Assembly: GCA_965197425.1 (NCBI GenBank)
Contig: CBDANC010000011.1
Span: 1-52,545, forward strand
Direction: 5' to 3'
Origin: Bdellovibrionales bacterium
GTDB taxonomy: Bacteria > Bdellovibrionota > Bdellovibrionia > Bdellovibrionales > JAUICD01
Length of the DNA stretch: 52,545 bases
Below are positions 51,416-52,545 of this stretch, one piece after another. The notes beneath the pieces were generated by a model, which was not told the DNA's origin, made no database searches, and saw nothing but the letters and a program-made list of their open reading frames with translations. Position numbers and translations under genes: made by a program. The stretch's first letter is position 1, and each line of letters opens with the position of its first letter.

Positions 51416-52545
51416 TTATGGTGTGCAATCATGTATGTTACAGTCACAACCTTTGGGACCAAAAGTTCTAGGGAAACACCATTGTATTCTACAAGTACCT
51501 TTTCCTAGGTATTCAGCTGGTGAAGATGCCTTACACGTTGTGGGGAATGTTTGTACCGGCTCACATTCTTCTTTAATTTTTCCATCCGTTGTTGGTATTG
51601 TACACTGCATTTCTGTTGTAGTACATGAAGCTGTTTGATACCCTTGTCTTTCACAGCTCCAAGTCCATGGGCGTGTTGCATATACAAAGTGATTAGTTGT
51701 GGTTGTGTAAGAGTTTCTGTGCGGCCACCATGGAGGAGTAGTTTTGTTTGTAACAGTGCAGCCACTGCCACATCGATGGACAAGATTCCTTGCGCCGCAG
51801 GTACATTCTGGTTTAGCTCTTCTTTTCCAACAGCTACCACTTTGATAGCATTCTTGAGTAGATGGTAATCTAGATTGGCATAGAGCTGGTGAGGCATATT
51901 CACCAGAGCCAGTACATGATGGCTTCGCTTTACTGCATATTCCTGATGATTGATAACCTCTTTTTGTGCAAGTCCACTGATAGTGAGCGGTTGTATCATC
52001 TGGAGTTTGACTGGCACTGCAGTTATTACCACATCCATCGTTTATAGAGTTGTTACAAGTACAAGATGGTCTTGGCACATCACATTCAAGCTTTCTGTAA
52101 CCACAACTGCTGTCATATTGATTAGGCTCATTTCGACAAGTCCAGATTATGAGAGTATCTGTATCTTCAGGATGATTAACTTGTTCTCCTGCATCACAAG
52201 TGTTTGCTGATGAACCACATACACCGCATGTTACAGGAGTTGGTTTATTGACACAAGTTGCACTACATCCACTTCCACTGAGTCTCTGGTGGCTTGGGCA
52301 CGATGTTATTGGTGTCTTGCAAGCATTGCCACACAGTATTTGTCCACTTGGACAACTTCTTACACAAGAATTACCACTTTGTGTATAACCACCACTGCAT
52401 TTCCATGCATAACATCCATTACTACCAAAGCAATAGGAATTTTCAGGCTTACCAGAATTACAGGCTGGAAGAGAAGTATATGGACGATCACTTGGACAAT
52501 CTCTCACACAAGAATTACCACTCTTTCTGTAGCCAGATTGGCAGG
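51416..52545 (-). CDS. Cys-rich modular protein; 5' end lies outside the window
   Basis: Frame is open to the window edge (CQSGYRKSGNSCVRD); shares CPSGQILCGNACKT..CPSHQRL with 45044 and HPED...WTCR with 42127. Confidence 0.88.
   Translation of the reverse strand, partial: CQSGYRKSGNSCVRDCPSDRPYTSLPACNSGKPENSYCFGSNGCYAWKCSGGYTQSGNSCVRSCPSGQILCGNACKTPITSCPSHQRLSGSGCSATCVNKPTPVTCGVCGSSANTCDAGEQVNHPEDTDTLIIWTCRNEPNQYDSSCGYRKLECDVPRPSCTCNNSINDGCGNNCSASQTPDDTTAHYQWTCTKRGYQSSGICSKAKPSCTGSGEYASPALCQSRLPSTQECYQSGSCWKRRAKPECTCGARNLVHRCGSGCTVTNKTTPPWWPHRNSYTTTTNHFVYATRPWTWSCERQGYQTASCTTTEMQCTIPTTDGKIKEECEPVQTFPTTCKASSPAEYLGKGTCRIQWCFPRTFGPKGCDCNIHDCTP

Noticed and set aside
38038..52545. Diversity-generating retroelement, integron or prophage as the explanation for the array
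   Set aside because: No reverse transcriptase, integrase, attC-like sites or phage genes in the window; differences between repeats are not adenine-specific

Overview
AT-rich bacterial chromosomal window, probably Bdellovibrionota-like (inferred from F[Q/M]NC lipoboxes, split transketolase and sigma54/HK gene content; not verified). (1) 1-12.4 kb: tandem array of secreted ankyrin-repeat proteins alternating with three zincin-like paralogues that have lost the HExxH motif to different degrees. It is interrupted by an intact IS1634-family element flanked by an 877-bp direct repeat. (2) 12.5-19.8 kb: decaying very AT-rich island (frameshifted three-gene module, DUF4160/DUF2442 pair, BsuBI/PstI-type R-M with truncated REase) next to tRNA-Pro(GGG), whose 3' end is triplicated. 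(3) 19.9-30.9 kb: core genes (glmU with degenerate N-domain, HK and sigma54 activator, split transketolase, OMP, hybrid HK). (4) 31-38 kb: S10 operon rpsJ to rplN, with large acidic or His-rich extensions on L3, L4 and S17. (5) 38-52.5 kb: rplX does not follow rplN. Instead there is an array of at least 4 cassettes separated by 3' fragments of rplN that decay with distance from the intact gene. Each cassette carries an antisense modular Cys-rich lipoprotein gene, with shared promoters, orphan C-terminal tips and swapped N-terminal domains. A covarying three-way-junction DNA/RNA element occurs 7 times in intergenic regions. The rplN-anchored cassette array and this structured element are the best candidates for undescribed systems.
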